From Candidatus Latescibacterota bacterium (GTDB lineage: Bacteria; Latescibacterota; UBA2968; GCA-2709665): a DNA stretch of 64,000 bases. Both the position numbers and the translations under genes were made by a program. Position 1 is the stretch's first letter, and each line of letters begins with the position of its first letter. The notes under the pieces are model-generated. The model searched no databases and was not told where the DNA came from. It saw only the letters and a program-made list of their open reading frames with translations. The stretch lies in contig OZ244937.1 of assembly GCA_965222075.1 (NCBI GenBank), forward strand, positions 3,008,001 through 3,072,000, in the 5' to 3' direction. Shown piece after piece: positions 9,866-20,494 of the stretch.

Positions 9866-10099
9866 TCAGTCTGGCCATCCCGGTATTTTGCAGCTGTCAA
9901 ACCCTGGCTTCACCTGTTCTGGGAACATAGGCGAAACAACAAATTTGTCCTTTTGATCAAACCGGGTCAAAATACAAAAAGGCTCCTCCGATGGGTCATC
10001 TTCTTTTGCGCAGGACAGGCAGAGACCCGGTTTGGGTATCAGATCAGGCGTAATCTCCGTGCCGTCATCATCAAAGAACCGGAGTGGATGCGCTTCCAT
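9866..10099 (-). CDS. Small Cys-containing protein (DDDG-PDLIPKP-CxxC), possibly frameshifted near its C-terminus
   Basis: RBS-like GAAGGG before ATG; CLSC...C; an alternative frame continues CFAYVPRTGEARV* to a stop at 9897. Confidence 0.55.
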   Translation of the reverse strand: MEAHPLRFFDDDGTEITPDLIPKPGLCLSCAKEDDPSEEPFCILTRFDQKDKFVVSPMFPEQVKPGFDSCKIPGWPD

Positions 10100-10458
10100 T
10101 TTCTAACCCTTCTCACAATGTTCCAGAATCCAGGGCCAATCCCGCTGGATCGCCGCTTTCAGGGCCTCGACATCCGTTTTTCGTACCATCTTCTCCTCCG
10201 CCTATGTAGAAAATGCCAGCGAAAATCCACTTTCCACCTGAAAAGAAACTCCCAAATCCGGACCATAGACTCCGGATAATATAAGGAAATTCTCGCGCAT
10301 CAGAAAGTGTAATCCAGGCCCAAAATCTGGTGCCCGGATGGTGACCTTTAATCATTCTCTGCCCAACCAATACTTTCGTTCGAGTGGCCAGGAGATCAGC
10401 GCAATCCCCTTGAACCGCTCAAAGCGGCTGAAACCTTGGCGCCACCTGAAGATGGCGA

Positions 10459-10740
10459 TCAATCAAACAGGTTCAGTTGATCCAGTCCTCGACATCCACC
10501 AAAGGTCCAAGCCACATAAATCGCGCTTTTCCCTTTGATGTAACCCACCACTTGAGAAACCGCATACTTTGGGAGGACCGACACAAACATATGCACGTGA
10601 TCCCCCATCAGGTGGCCTTCCAATACCTAACTCTCCTTCTGGCGAGCCAATTCACGCAACACTTCGCCCAGATACTTACGCAAATGACCATACAACACTT
10701 TCTTCCGACATTTTGGAATCCACACCAAATGATACTTTAG
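10459..10740 (-). pseudogene. tnpA: IS200/IS605 TnpA (Y1 transposase) remnant
   Basis: KYHLVWIPKCRKKVLYG...KES*VLEGHLMGDHVHM (HUH)...YIKGKSAI; in-frame TAG, 5' end and catalytic-Tyr region missing; hairpin ccgct-caa-agcgg near 10415. Confidence 0.9.
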
Positions 10741-10805
10741 CCCTTCAGAAAAAGAATCTGAAAAATAGGTAGTGCCTCCAGGGTGAGGTGATAAAATGGT
10801 GCTGA

Positions 10806-10976
10806 GTGGTTGAGCCACCTTTGCCTGGTTGTTGAATTTCCGGCGTCTTTCCAAGGATTATGAAGTCTTGACACGAAATAGCGAAACGCTCATTCCTGCC
10901 TGTGCCAACGGCAGACAGGTACATTGCGATGATTCACCTTTTGATCAAGAGACTCGCTCCCAAATCTGAATTTTAA
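10806..10976 (+). pseudogene. IS5-family transposase C-terminal remnant
   Basis: Manual translation TFAWLLNFRRLSKDYEVLTRNSETLI[25-bp insert]YIAMIHLLIKRLA matches the typical IS5 C-terminus (ERTFAW...RRLSKDYE...IYIAMI). Confidence 0.85.
10895..10919. repeat. 25-bp CCTG...CAGG hairpin element inserted in the IS5 remnant
   Basis: cctgcctgtgccaacggcagacagg lies exactly between the Ile and Tyr codons. Confidence 0.85.
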
Positions 10977-11000
10977 AACGGCTTCTTAACGATTTGTCCA

Positions 11001-12203
11001 TTATATTTCCTCCAAGACGATCTCATATTTGGCAATGACGAAATTGTCAGGCTGATCATTCTGAATGTGATACAAAAAACCGTCTGCATCAGCGGCAATG
11101 CGTTGAAACCTTATTGGTATTTCCGATTGGAGAGGCATATCCGTCATTAAACATTGCCCTGTATTTACATCATACGCACTCAGGTAGTGAGAGCGCGTCC
11201 AGTTGGGTATGCCCCGGCGTACTTCTTCTGTTTGCAAAACCAACAAGAGTGAATGCTTAGCAACATACGCAATATCCACAAGAAATGTTATCGTCGAATG
11301 CTCGTTTTTCATTTTTTCAAAGGCCAATCTTGCTTTTGCTCTGTTGCTCAAATGTCGAAGTTTTGCCGCGTTTTTCTCAGCATCTTTATCAATCCACCTT
11401 GGTTTCGTAATCGGCGTTGCAACGTTGAAAACTCTGGAAACCGCATTCCTGTCGTCATATCTAACAACAATAGGGATGTTAAAGAACCAGAGATACGTTT
11501 GTGAATCGCCACTTGCGATAAATTTGGGAAATGACCACTTAAATTCCGCTAAAGGTTTGTCGAGTTTGTCACCGACGATCTCTTGATTGAATTTTCCATA
11601 ATAAGACAGTACGTTACCCAATGTATCAAATTCACAGATCAACCAGGGATAGGAGTATGATTGCCACTGCTTTTTGGGTAGTCCCACAGATTTCTGGCAG
11701 TGTAGAATGGTATGATGGAACGTGATTGCCACACGATTGCCCGAAGGTACTGACGTTTGCGTCTGGGTTCCAAAAGACCTTATGAACACGCCCGAAGTAT
11801 CAAACAGGGTTATTCTACGGGTTCCCTGGTCAAAACAAGCGACCATGTTGCCTTTGACATCCATCGTATATAAATAGCGAAATTCCCCAGGACCTTCGCC
11901 GCTTCTGCCCAAGGCGCGAATAAATCCGCCTTCCATAGAGAACATCAGAATTTGCTTCAGACTCTTGTCCATAAGATAAATTCGGTTTTCATCAACTATT
12001 ATTTTTAATATTTTTCCAATATAAGCTTCTTCTCTTTCTTTCAGGTGGATCTCGGAAACCTTCTCCATCCGTATCTGCCGGTTCTTCTTCGTATGCACGG
12101 TTGAACCTTGCAAAAGCGGTGTCTTTTCTTGAGGCATTTCCGCCTTTTGATTGCACGCAAAAAAGAAACAGAAAGCACAAAATAGAATGATTGAATTTGT
12201 CAT
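11001..12203 (-). CDS. 6-bladed beta-propeller (NHL-like) lipoprotein
   Basis: Lipobox-like FFAC; LGRSGEGPGEF motif; repeated (F/Y)DxxG blades; start placed at MTNSII. Confidence 0.75.
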   Translation of the reverse strand: MTNSIILFCAFCFFFACNQKAEMPQEKTPLLQGSTVHTKKNRQIRMEKVSEIHLKEREEAYIGKILKIIVDENRIYLMDKSLKQILMFSMEGGFIRALGRSGEGPGEFRYLYTMDVKGNMVACFDQGTRRITLFDTSGVFIRSFGTQTQTSVPSGNRVAITFHHTILHCQKSVGLPKKQWQSYSYPWLICEFDTLGNVLSYYGKFNQEIVGDKLDKPLAEFKWSFPKFIASGDSQTYLWFFNIPIVVRYDDRNAVSRVFNVATPITKPRWIDKDAEKNAAKLRHLSNRAKARLAFEKMKNEHSTITFLVDIAYVAKHSLLLVLQTEEVRRGIPNWTRSHYLSAYDVNTGQCLMTDMPLQSEIPIRFQRIAADADGFLYHIQNDQPDNFVIAKYEIVLEEI

Positions 12204-12319
12204 ACAAACAACCTTCTCGGAACACAATAACAAGGGAATAGAAATCGGGTTCAAGTCAGTAATTTCCGGTTACGCTCCGTTCCTCAACGCCATCTGAACT
12301 CTGCACGGCTCTCAATTAA

Positions 12320-15300
12320 TCACACTCGCTTTGCTTTGTAAAAAAGCGCGGGGAGTATCAATAATACGCCAACAGAGGAAAACCAGAGTCCACCGACAGT
12401 ACCCAAGGCAAAAGCGTGCCAGAGCGTGCCGTTTTGAAACCAGATTAAGAAGGGCAATAACCCGCCTATAGAAGTCGCGCCAGTGACCAGAATGGGACGA
12501 AGCCGACTCAGACAAACCTCGAATATTGCCGACTGGGGAAGAGGAGTTTGATTCTTCAGTGCTCTTTTTTGTAGCTGATAGAGTAAAATGATCGCGTTAT
12601 TAACAGAAATCCCTATCAAGAACACCATCGCAAAATATCCACCCTGTGTAAATACGCCGTCAAAAATGAAAAACACAAGAAAGAGCCCAATAAAAGCCAT
12701 TGGCACAGTCCAAAGAATGATAAAAGGTTGTCGAAAAGATTCATATAGTGCAGCCAAAATCATATAAATGAGGATAGCACTCAAAAAAACCGCACCCCAC
12801 AACGCCCCCTCATCATCAAAAAAATCAAATCCCCCCCTATTAAAACCATATCCCAGAGGCAAAACCATTGCGTCTCGGATTTTCCTGATAATTCGACCGC
12901 CATAGCGTCCTAGCCCTGCGTAGTCATAGGTCACCAAACGCGAGTAGGCTTGATTTCTTCTCTGAATAACGGGAAGTGTGGGGCGTTTTTCGATTTGTGC
13001 AATATCTTCTACTTTCAATACTCTTTCTGCGGCCTGTGTTTGTTTGTTCAGATCAGAAATGGTATGGACGCGATCTTCTGGGAGGTAATCTATATATACT
13101 GAAATATTCTTCTTTTGTCCCTCTATAGCAGACCGATACATTCCGTCCGGTAGGGTTAAACTGGAAATATGGCTGAACATTGCACCAACATCCTGATGCG
13201 CTTTCCACAATTGCTCTCTATCTGGTATTGCGACAACATTCCATGCAGGTTTTCTGCCAAATGATGCTTGATCTATCGAAATATTAGAGAAACGTCTGTG
13301 CTTAGAGATTTGCACAGCTAAATTTCGCGCTATTTCTTTTACCTTCAAATAATTATAACCACTCACGAAAGTGAAAAGTTTTGAGATATCAGCTCCTCTC
13401 ATATTCCGAAATCCCGGACCATACCCCTGAACTGAGCATTCTATGCCGCCAAGCGAAACAGCCACCTGCTCAAATACCTGGTGGAGCGTGATCAGTAAAT
13501 CATCTGGATCTTGCCTGCGCGCCATTTTAACCTTCAAAAGTGCTTCGTAATTATTCGCAACACGCGTTTCGTAATAAATATCTGAAGGAAATTTGTCCAA
13601 ATGGGTCTCAAATGCAGACACGACTTGTAAAAGATATTTGACCTCTGTATAACGAGGCATTTTAATTCCAACAGTTACATAACTTTCCTCTAATCTTACA
13701 CGTCCTTCCACAGATCCAACAATGGGAACATGGCGATAAAATAAATAATGGCTTCCCCCCAGCACAGTGTCAATATAAGGTCTCGCATTCAAGTACGCCT
13801 CACTTGCAAAGATCGCATCGTATAATTCAGCAAACCGCGATTTAATCATCTGTGTAGTAGATAATTCACGTCCACTCTCTGTGCTTTGAACACCAGATGC
13901 CATATTGTCTGGCAAGAGCCACATCGGTATTCCAAACAACCACACCATCGCAACCAGAGCAAATCGTCGGTAACGAATTGTTTTATTCAATAGCCACCAG
14001 TAAGCAGCTTGCCACCCACCTCGTTTTTCGGATTCGGTCTGAGCAGAAATAACCCCTTGAGGATGATTTTTTTTAGATCGCAAAATAAAGCGGTGGGTAG
14101 CGACATAAACCAGTGTAAAAGCAGACAAAGTCGAGGCTACGAGGGCGCTTGATACGACAATGGCAAAAGGTATGAGATAAAGTTTTGTTTGAGCCGACAA
14201 AATGACCAGAGGTAAAAACGCGCCAAGCGTCGTAAGCGTAGATGCGAGTATAGGCATTCTAACACTTCGAATGCCACTCTCTTCTAATGCACCAGTGTTG
14301 CGAGTCGCATGGTCTTTTTGCAACCGGTCAATAACCACAATAGCATTGTCAGCCATGATACCCAATGCAATGCCAAGCCCAATCAAAGTCACGCTGTTCA
14401 AACTGATTTTGCAAAAGAACATCACAATAAACGTCAAGCATAGAGAAAATATTAAAGAAACAAATACAATGATAACGGCTGGCACAGAACGAAACGCAAC
14501 AAGCAAAATCAAGAACAGACACCCGGCAGAAAAAACCACACTTTTAAGTAAAACCGAAATATCTTCTTTCAAATCCTGGCTTCTGTCTTGAATGACATCG
14601 ATTTTGACCTGGCGTGGTAAAGCACGTTCTTTTTTTAAATTCTCCAACTTTTTGTGAATATTGTCGGCAAGGGCTAAAATATTAGACCCCGGTTCGCGCG
14701 TGATTTCCATGACCACAAAGTCGCGCCCATTGATTCGAAAAAAAGTTTCGGGATCGTCATAATCGTATTTTATGGTCGCTATATCACCGAGCAAAACAGT
14801 CAGGTCGCCTGCTGAAATAGGCAATTTGGAAAGCGCGGAAACAGGGTGAGTATCCAAAGATTCTAATTTGACCCAGAATGTCTGGTCATTATTAGATATT
14901 TTTCCAAGATAAATTTTTCTATTAAATGCAGAGATTTGTTGATAAATCTCCCGGAGATTCAAGCCCAAAGAATTTATCATCGCTTGGGAAACTTCAATTC
15001 GCAAGACTTTCTGCGCCCCTCCAGTAATGCTAATTTCACCAACCCCATCCATACCGATAAGCTCAGGCCTTAAAATTTCTTCTGAAATTTTGCGAAGTTC
15101 ATGAAGGCTTTTTAAGCCCAATATTCTCAGACGCATAAAACCAATTTTATCGCGAAATTCTTTGGGAACATAAGGTCGAATTTTAGGAGGTTTAATCCCT
15201 TCGGGAAGTTGCTCATAGAAACGAGCCAATTTGTCTTTTAACTCCAGACGAATAAATGTCGGGTTGGCTGTTCTCAATAGCTCTATCGTCAACTGTGCAT

Positions 15301-15565
15301 AGCCAAAACCAGAACTGGAACTCACACTCTTAACGCCAGGGATGCTGACAGCGATCGCTTCAAGAGGTGCTGTTAATTGTGCCTCTATCGATTCTGGAGA
15401 AGCCCCTGTCCATGACGCAGAAAGACTCATCCGGGGATATTCTAAAGCAGGCAGCAGTTCAATAGGCAATTGCAAAACAGCGATCAGGCCAATCGAAATG
15501 ACAGCAATCGTAAACATGGCGACCGCTATGGGCCGCCTTTGTAATTTATCAGTAAATGTCATCAA
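12320..15565 (-). CDS. RND efflux permease (AcrB/AcrD/AcrF family), divergent copy
   Basis: 1081 aa, 12-TM pattern, PIELLP, GASPESIEAQLTAPLE, DNAIVV, LYESFRQP, RLRPILVT. Confidence 0.93.
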   Translation of the reverse strand: MMTFTDKLQRRPIAVAMFTIAVISIGLIAVLQLPIELLPALEYPRMSLSASWTGASPESIEAQLTAPLEAIAVSIPGVKSVSSSSGFGYAQLTIELLRTANPTFIRLELKDKLARFYEQLPEGIKPPKIRPYVPKEFRDKIGFMRLRILGLKSLHELRKISEEILRPELIGMDGVGEISITGGAQKVLRIEVSQAMINSLGLNLREIYQQISAFNRKIYLGKISNNDQTFWVKLESLDTHPVSALSKLPISAGDLTVLLGDIATIKYDYDDPETFFRINGRDFVVMEITREPGSNILALADNIHKKLENLKKERALPRQVKIDVIQDRSQDLKEDISVLLKSVVFSAGCLFLILLVAFRSVPAVIIVFVSLIFSLCLTFIVMFFCKISLNSVTLIGLGIALGIMADNAIVVIDRLQKDHATRNTGALEESGIRSVRMPILASTLTTLGAFLPLVILSAQTKLYLIPFAIVVSSALVASTLSAFTLVYVATHRFILRSKKNHPQGVISAQTESEKRGGWQAAYWWLLNKTIRYRRFALVAMVWLFGIPMWLLPDNMASGVQSTESGRELSTTQMIKSRFAELYDAIFASEAYLNARPYIDTVLGGSHYLFYRHVPIVGSVEGRVRLEESYVTVGIKMPRYTEVKYLLQVVSAFETHLDKFPSDIYYETRVANNYEALLKVKMARRQDPDDLLITLHQVFEQVAVSLGGIECSVQGYGPGFRNMRGADISKLFTFVSGYNYLKVKEIARNLAVQISKHRRFSNISIDQASFGRKPAWNVVAIPDREQLWKAHQDVGAMFSHISSLTLPDGMYRSAIEGQKKNISVYIDYLPEDRVHTISDLNKQTQAAERVLKVEDIAQIEKRPTLPVIQRRNQAYSRLVTYDYAGLGRYGGRIIRKIRDAMVLPLGYGFNRGGFDFFDDEGALWGAVFLSAILIYMILAALYESFRQPFIILWTVPMAFIGLFLVFFIFDGVFTQGGYFAMVFLIGISVNNAIILLYQLQKRALKNQTPLPQSAIFEVCLSRLRPILVTGATSIGGLLPFLIWFQNGTLWHAFALGTVGGLWFSSVGVLLILPALFYKAKRV

Positions 15566-18500
15566 TTTTTACGCACCACTATGCCATACAAGGCAGGCAC
15601 AGCGAATAAAATCAAAAAGGTTGACAACCCAATACCCCCAATAATCGTCCAGGCAAGCGGATGCCACAACTCAGCGCCTACCCCTTTGCTAAGCGCCATG
15701 GGAATCAATCCCAAAATCGTTGTGACCGTCGTCATAATAATAGGTCGAAGACGTTTTCGCCCGGCCTCCTGAATCGCGACCAGCAGAGTCGCTCCCTCTT
15801 TATATCGCTTATCAATAAAATCGATTTTAACAATAGAATCATTAACGACGATGCCCACCAGCACCACAATGCCAATCAGAGACATAATATTTAAAGATTG
15901 TCCTGTGATCAGGAGAGTAAAAACGACACCTGCCAGGGCAAGCGGAACTGCCGTGAGAATAACAAATGGCAGACGCAGAGACTCAAAATGGGACGCAATG
16001 ACCATAAAAACGAGAGCAACCGAAAGGGCAATAATGACGGTTAAATTATCGAACGACTCAGCGATAAAGGCATTTTGTCCCACGATTTCAACATGATATC
16101 CTTCGGGTATTTCCAGTTGGTTGAGATAAGCCTGTAAATTCTGAGAAATCTCGACGGGATCTTCTCCCCGAACGTCGGCCAAAATTGCCACAACTCTCGT
16201 GCCCTTTTCATGTCGAATTTCGGCATACCCCACGCCTTCTCTCACGCGAATAAATTCCCGCAGGGGTAGCATTGTACCAGACTGATGCGGTATTTCAGCA
16301 TTCAAGAGATCGGACAATTGCATCTGGGCATCTCGTTTTATTGTCACCTCTAAAGGTGTTTTGCTGCCAAAGGCTTCAATCTGGCTCGCCTCAACGCCGC
16401 GCAAGTACGCGCCTAAAAAATCAATGATCTGCTGTGATGTAATACCGTAGTGGGCGGTTCGGTCTCTGTCTATGTAAATGTGGTATTCGGGATTTCCAAG
16501 TTTCGGAACAATCCGAATGAAATCGAGTGAAGTCCAGGTGGTCAGTGTCTTTGCAATATTCTGTGCGATAGATTCGCATTTTTTTAAATCGGGTCCAAAG
16601 AAACGTATTTGAATCTCACTCGGAGATAACTGAAAAAGAGTTACAAAAGCGGACTGGGGTTCTTGAATTTCGATATCACAACCAGGAAATTCCCTTATGG
16701 TTTCCTGAACACGTTGAATAAACGGATCAAAAGAATAACCCTCCTTGAATCGTACTTCAATTTTTGCAGTTTCTACAGATACCTCATCGCGTTGTGTTGA
16801 CAAAACCGCATGTACAATACCCACTTGAGAAAAGACGTCTTTAACCCCCGGATGATCGAGAAATAAACCTTCTACTTTACTGGCAATATGGCGTGTGACA
16901 AGTAGATCCGTCCCCTGGGGTAGAGAAATTTTAATGGTGATGCCTCGCTGATCAACCGATGGCACAAGCTCTTTCTCAAGCCCTGAATACAGATAGGCAG
17001 AGAGTCCCAATAGGCATCCACAAATGCAGAGTACAAAGACGCGATGTTGAATCACCCACCGCAAACGCGCTTCATACCAGCGGGCAAATGCGTTAAACAC
17101 GGTCTGAAATGCGTCAAAAAGGAGATTAAAAACAAAAAAAATAGGCCGCGTAGCAAATGTTGTCAGGCCATGTAAGAATTGAAATAAACCGCGTGTTAAA
17201 TTCCGATGAAAATATCCGGGGTCTTCTGTTATGGTATCTGAGCTCGGAACATGATCTGATGATGTTTGTTCAATACCTCTGAGACGAGAAGTCAACATGG
17301 GAAGAAGGGTTAAAGACACCAAAAGGGAGATCAAAAGCACACATGTCACGGCCATTGAGAGGTCAAAAAAGAGCTCTCCTGCTAATCCTTTTACAAAAAC
17401 CATAGGGGAAAAAACGGAAACAGTGGTGAGGGTTGACGCTGTTACCGCGAGACTGATTTCACGACTTCCAGAAATTGCAGCCGACATAAGCGGCTTGCCG
17501 CTTTCCCGGTGTCTTTGAATATTTTCCAAAACGACGATAGAATTATCAACGATCAATCCCGTGCCTAACGCCAATCCACCTAAGGAAATAACGTTAAAAT
17601 TTATTTTCAGCAGGAACAGGAGGATGAATGTCGCAGTGATTGCTATCGGTATGGCGACACCAACCATCGCAGGAATTTTCCAGCCCCTTAAAAAAAGAAA
17701 AAGAACACCGAAGGCACAGCTGGCCCCTAAACACAGGGACATTAATACATTGTGAATAGCTTGCTCAATAAAAAATCCTTGATCTGAAATGACCCCTACT
17801 TTAAAGCCTGGAAATTCGCGCTGTATTTGACCCAAGATTCGATGCACTTCCCGACAGCTCAAGACGGTGTTGCTACTGCCTTCTTTTAAGATGGACAAAG
17901 CAACAACCTCTCGCCCATTCCAATTTGTAAAACCGGATCTTTCTCGATAAGATTCTAAAACTGATGCCACATTTGAAAGATAAATCACAGCTCCATTAGA
18001 TTTCCGTCCAATGATCGTTTTTTGAATATCCTCTACTGCTTGAAATTGGCCAATGGCCCGAAATGAATAACGAAAAAGTCCTTTTCGAATCGTGCCCACA
18101 GACCGCTGCGTCCAGTTGTTGCGGTCAAGTGCTTGAGCTACCTGGGGCAATGCAATCCCCATACTATTGAGGCGGTTTATGTCGACAATAACACTTATTT
18201 CGCGTTCAATACCCCCTAAAATAACCGCTTGAGCAATACCCTTTATCTGCTCCAACCTGCGTTTGGCAATAAATGTAACAAAATCTTTGAGTTCGATTAA
18301 TGCCTCAATCGCATCGGGCTGGTTCTTTGGATTTTCAAGGCGATTAGAAGTTACAACCAACGTCATAATGGGATCTGCAGCCGGATCAAACCGCAACAGA
18401 TTTGGCCTCCCTGCGGATTCCGGGAGCGCATAAGACAAATCATCGAGTTTCTCCCTCGCTTCCAAAAGCACCTGATCCATACGCGTTCCCCAATAAAACT

Positions 18501-18780
18501 CAAGCGTAACCAGGGAGATGCCTGACCTCGATACGGATTGTATGTTTCTAATTGACTTGAGTGTCGCAAACTGAGATTCGATTTGTTGCGTTATTTGGGT
18601 CTCAACTTCCTCGGGCGCAGCCCCTGGATATCTCGTTTCTATCACCAGACGAGGAATCGATATATCGGGAAGCAGTTCCACGCTTAAATGGGAAAACCCA
18701 AAAGCCCCCAAAAGGCAAAACGCGACAAAAAACATCAAAGTCGCAACGGGCCTTTTGACTGATAGTTCGGAGATATGCAT
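15562..18780 (-). CDS. RND efflux permease (AcrB/AcrD/AcrF family)
   Basis: 1072 aa, KRPVATLM, YPGAAPEEVE, VDNSIVVLENI, RLRPIIMT; 4-bp overlap with next gene. Confidence 0.95.
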   Translation of the reverse strand: MHISELSVKRPVATLMFFVAFCLLGAFGFSHLSVELLPDISIPRLVIETRYPGAAPEEVETQITQQIESQFATLKSIRNIQSVSRSGISLVTLEFYWGTRMDQVLLEAREKLDDLSYALPESAGRPNLLRFDPAADPIMTLVVTSNRLENPKNQPDAIEALIELKDFVTFIAKRRLEQIKGIAQAVILGGIEREISVIVDINRLNSMGIALPQVAQALDRNNWTQRSVGTIRKGLFRYSFRAIGQFQAVEDIQKTIIGRKSNGAVIYLSNVASVLESYRERSGFTNWNGREVVALSILKEGSSNTVLSCREVHRILGQIQREFPGFKVGVISDQGFFIEQAIHNVLMSLCLGASCAFGVLFLFLRGWKIPAMVGVAIPIAITATFILLFLLKINFNVISLGGLALGTGLIVDNSIVVLENIQRHRESGKPLMSAAISGSREISLAVTASTLTTVSVFSPMVFVKGLAGELFFDLSMAVTCVLLISLLVSLTLLPMLTSRLRGIEQTSSDHVPSSDTITEDPGYFHRNLTRGLFQFLHGLTTFATRPIFFVFNLLFDAFQTVFNAFARWYEARLRWVIQHRVFVLCICGCLLGLSAYLYSGLEKELVPSVDQRGITIKISLPQGTDLLVTRHIASKVEGLFLDHPGVKDVFSQVGIVHAVLSTQRDEVSVETAKIEVRFKEGYSFDPFIQRVQETIREFPGCDIEIQEPQSAFVTLFQLSPSEIQIRFFGPDLKKCESIAQNIAKTLTTWTSLDFIRIVPKLGNPEYHIYIDRDRTAHYGITSQQIIDFLGAYLRGVEASQIEAFGSKTPLEVTIKRDAQMQLSDLLNAEIPHQSGTMLPLREFIRVREGVGYAEIRHEKGTRVVAILADVRGEDPVEISQNLQAYLNQLEIPEGYHVEIVGQNAFIAESFDNLTVIIALSVALVFMVIASHFESLRLPFVILTAVPLALAGVVFTLLITGQSLNIMSLIGIVVLVGIVVNDSIVKIDFIDKRYKEGATLLVAIQEAGRKRLRPIIMTTVTTILGLIPMALSKGVGAELWHPLAWTIIGGIGLSTFLILFAVPALYGIVVRKN

Positions 18781-18804
18781 CGTCTGTCCAGAATCTCTTA
18801 AATT

Positions 18805-20034
18805 TTACGGCTCAATCGTCTTGACAACCGCAACAGGTGTATCGTGAGCGAGGTTGTAATGCCCAGAGACTATCACGGAATCTCCTTCTTGAACACCATC
18901 TAAGATCTCCGTATAGAACTCATTTTTTTTGCCGCTCATTATATACCGCCATTTTGCCAATCCATTTTCAACAACAAAAACAACATCTCTCTCATCTCGA
19001 TTTAAAATAGCCTCGGTCTTTACGACCAATCTATTACTGTAAACGAGAGCACCAATCCGAGCATTAGCAAACATGCCAGGTTTAAGCCTGAATCTGGGAT
19101 TATCTATTAAAATGCTTACTTCGCAAGTGCCTGTTTCAGGATCAACCATAGAACGAATCATATTTACCGTACCCGTGTAAACAGTATCGGGGTAAGCAAC
19201 AAAAATCACTTGAGCAGGTGCTCTCACATTGATATGGCGAATTTCGCTCTCTAACACACGGGAGTTAACAACGACGTGATCCAAATCGATCAGCCGTAGA
19301 ACCTCCTCGTCATTTCTTATCCAATCTCCCGAAGAGAAGTTCAAATCCACTACGTGACCATCAAATGGGGCATATAGCCTTGTTTGTTCAAGAGATAACC
19401 TGGCTCGCTCTACAGCGGTCCAGGCATTAATCAAACCAACTCTTCCAGCTATAAACCAGGATCGGTTATGTCTGGTGGATGTATTGGAGAGCCTTGAATT
19501 CGTCTTTCGGTTCTTTGTTTGACTGTCAAATGTCTTTAATTCTTCAGTCATCGAGGCCCGAAAGCGTTCCTCAACCTTTTCTAAAATATCTACACTTTCT
19601 GAAGGATTAAATCCCAGTTCAAGAGCGTATTGCGTCAACGTCGACATGTAGAGGTTTTTGGCATCAATTAATGCATAACTCTGTTCATCTGAATTCAGGG
19701 CGAATAAGAGTTGACCCTGTTTCACAAGCGTATTTTCTCGAATCGGTAATTCCGTAATCTGTCCGGGCTGTTTCGAAATGATCGACACTTCTCGCAGGGC
19801 TTTCGTATAACCCGTCGCACGGACGTGTTGTATCAATTTTTGTTTTGTTGCGATTGCCACTTCAATCGGTACAGGTTCTATGTTTAGCTGAACCTTAAGC
19901 GTTTCAACAGATGTCGTGTCGGGTGCGCTTTCACTTACGCTATGACGAATCGTCAAATTTTCAGAATTGAGAACGAATCCAATAAAAAAACCCCCGACTA
20001 TTACCAATATCCATTTTTTTTTCTTATTTTTCAT
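18805..20034 (-). CDS. RND periplasmic adaptor (membrane fusion protein)
   Basis: N-terminal anchor, GQITELPIRENTLVKQGQLLF, LYAPFDG, LKPGMFA; start at MKNKKKK. Confidence 0.92.
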   Translation of the reverse strand: MKNKKKKWILVIVGGFFIGFVLNSENLTIRHSVSESAPDTTSVETLKVQLNIEPVPIEVAIATKQKLIQHVRATGYTKALREVSIISKQPGQITELPIRENTLVKQGQLLFALNSDEQSYALIDAKNLYMSTLTQYALELGFNPSESVDILEKVEERFRASMTEELKTFDSQTKNRKTNSRLSNTSTRHNRSWFIAGRVGLINAWTAVERARLSLEQTRLYAPFDGHVVDLNFSSGDWIRNDEEVLRLIDLDHVVVNSRVLESEIRHINVRAPAQVIFVAYPDTVYTGTVNMIRSMVDPETGTCEVSILIDNPRFRLKPGMFANARIGALVYSNRLVVKTEAILNRDERDVVFVVENGLAKWRYIMSGKKNEFYTEILDGVQEGDSVIVSGHYNLAHDTPVAVVKTIEP

Positions 20035-20175
20035 AACCTTGAATCCGTTATACACGCAAGAAAAAAAAGCAATCGGGCTGTTTTCACTGCAATAAGACAA
20101 TTATTTGACAATATCAAGTAATAAATCCCTTGAAACAAGGGATTTATTTTTGCGGGGTTTCTCAAAAGGCAAATA

Positions 20176-20459
20176 TTAACTTTCCAACAGGGCGAGATCT
20201 TTAGGCGTTTCTTCCTCTCTTAATCCTTGGTTTGGCTCAGGGGGATGAAATGTGTCACCATCGGAAGATTCTCGATATTGATCTTGAAACAGCCGCCAGC
20301 AAACCCCGCGTTTTTGCATTAATTCCTCAGGGGTTCCTTGTTCTGCGATTTTACCATCCGACAGGCAAATCACTTCCTCAACCTTTTGTATCGTGGACCA
20401 GCGATGGCTAACCACAAGAATCGTCTTGTCTTTATAATGTGAACGCAATAAGTCATATA
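20176..20459 (-). pseudogene. C-terminal fragment of an ABC exporter ATPase domain, truncated by IS
   Basis: KTILVVSHRWSTI (H-loop), DGKIAEQGTPEELM; 5' part ends at the IS terminal repeat at 20460. Confidence 0.85.
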
Positions 20460-20494
20460 GGGTGCTGACTCGGCTTTACGTAGATATTTTCTGT

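Noticed and set aside
10113-10370. 85-aa ORF upstream of the operon
   Set aside because: No recognisable motif or RBS; likely promoter/leader region
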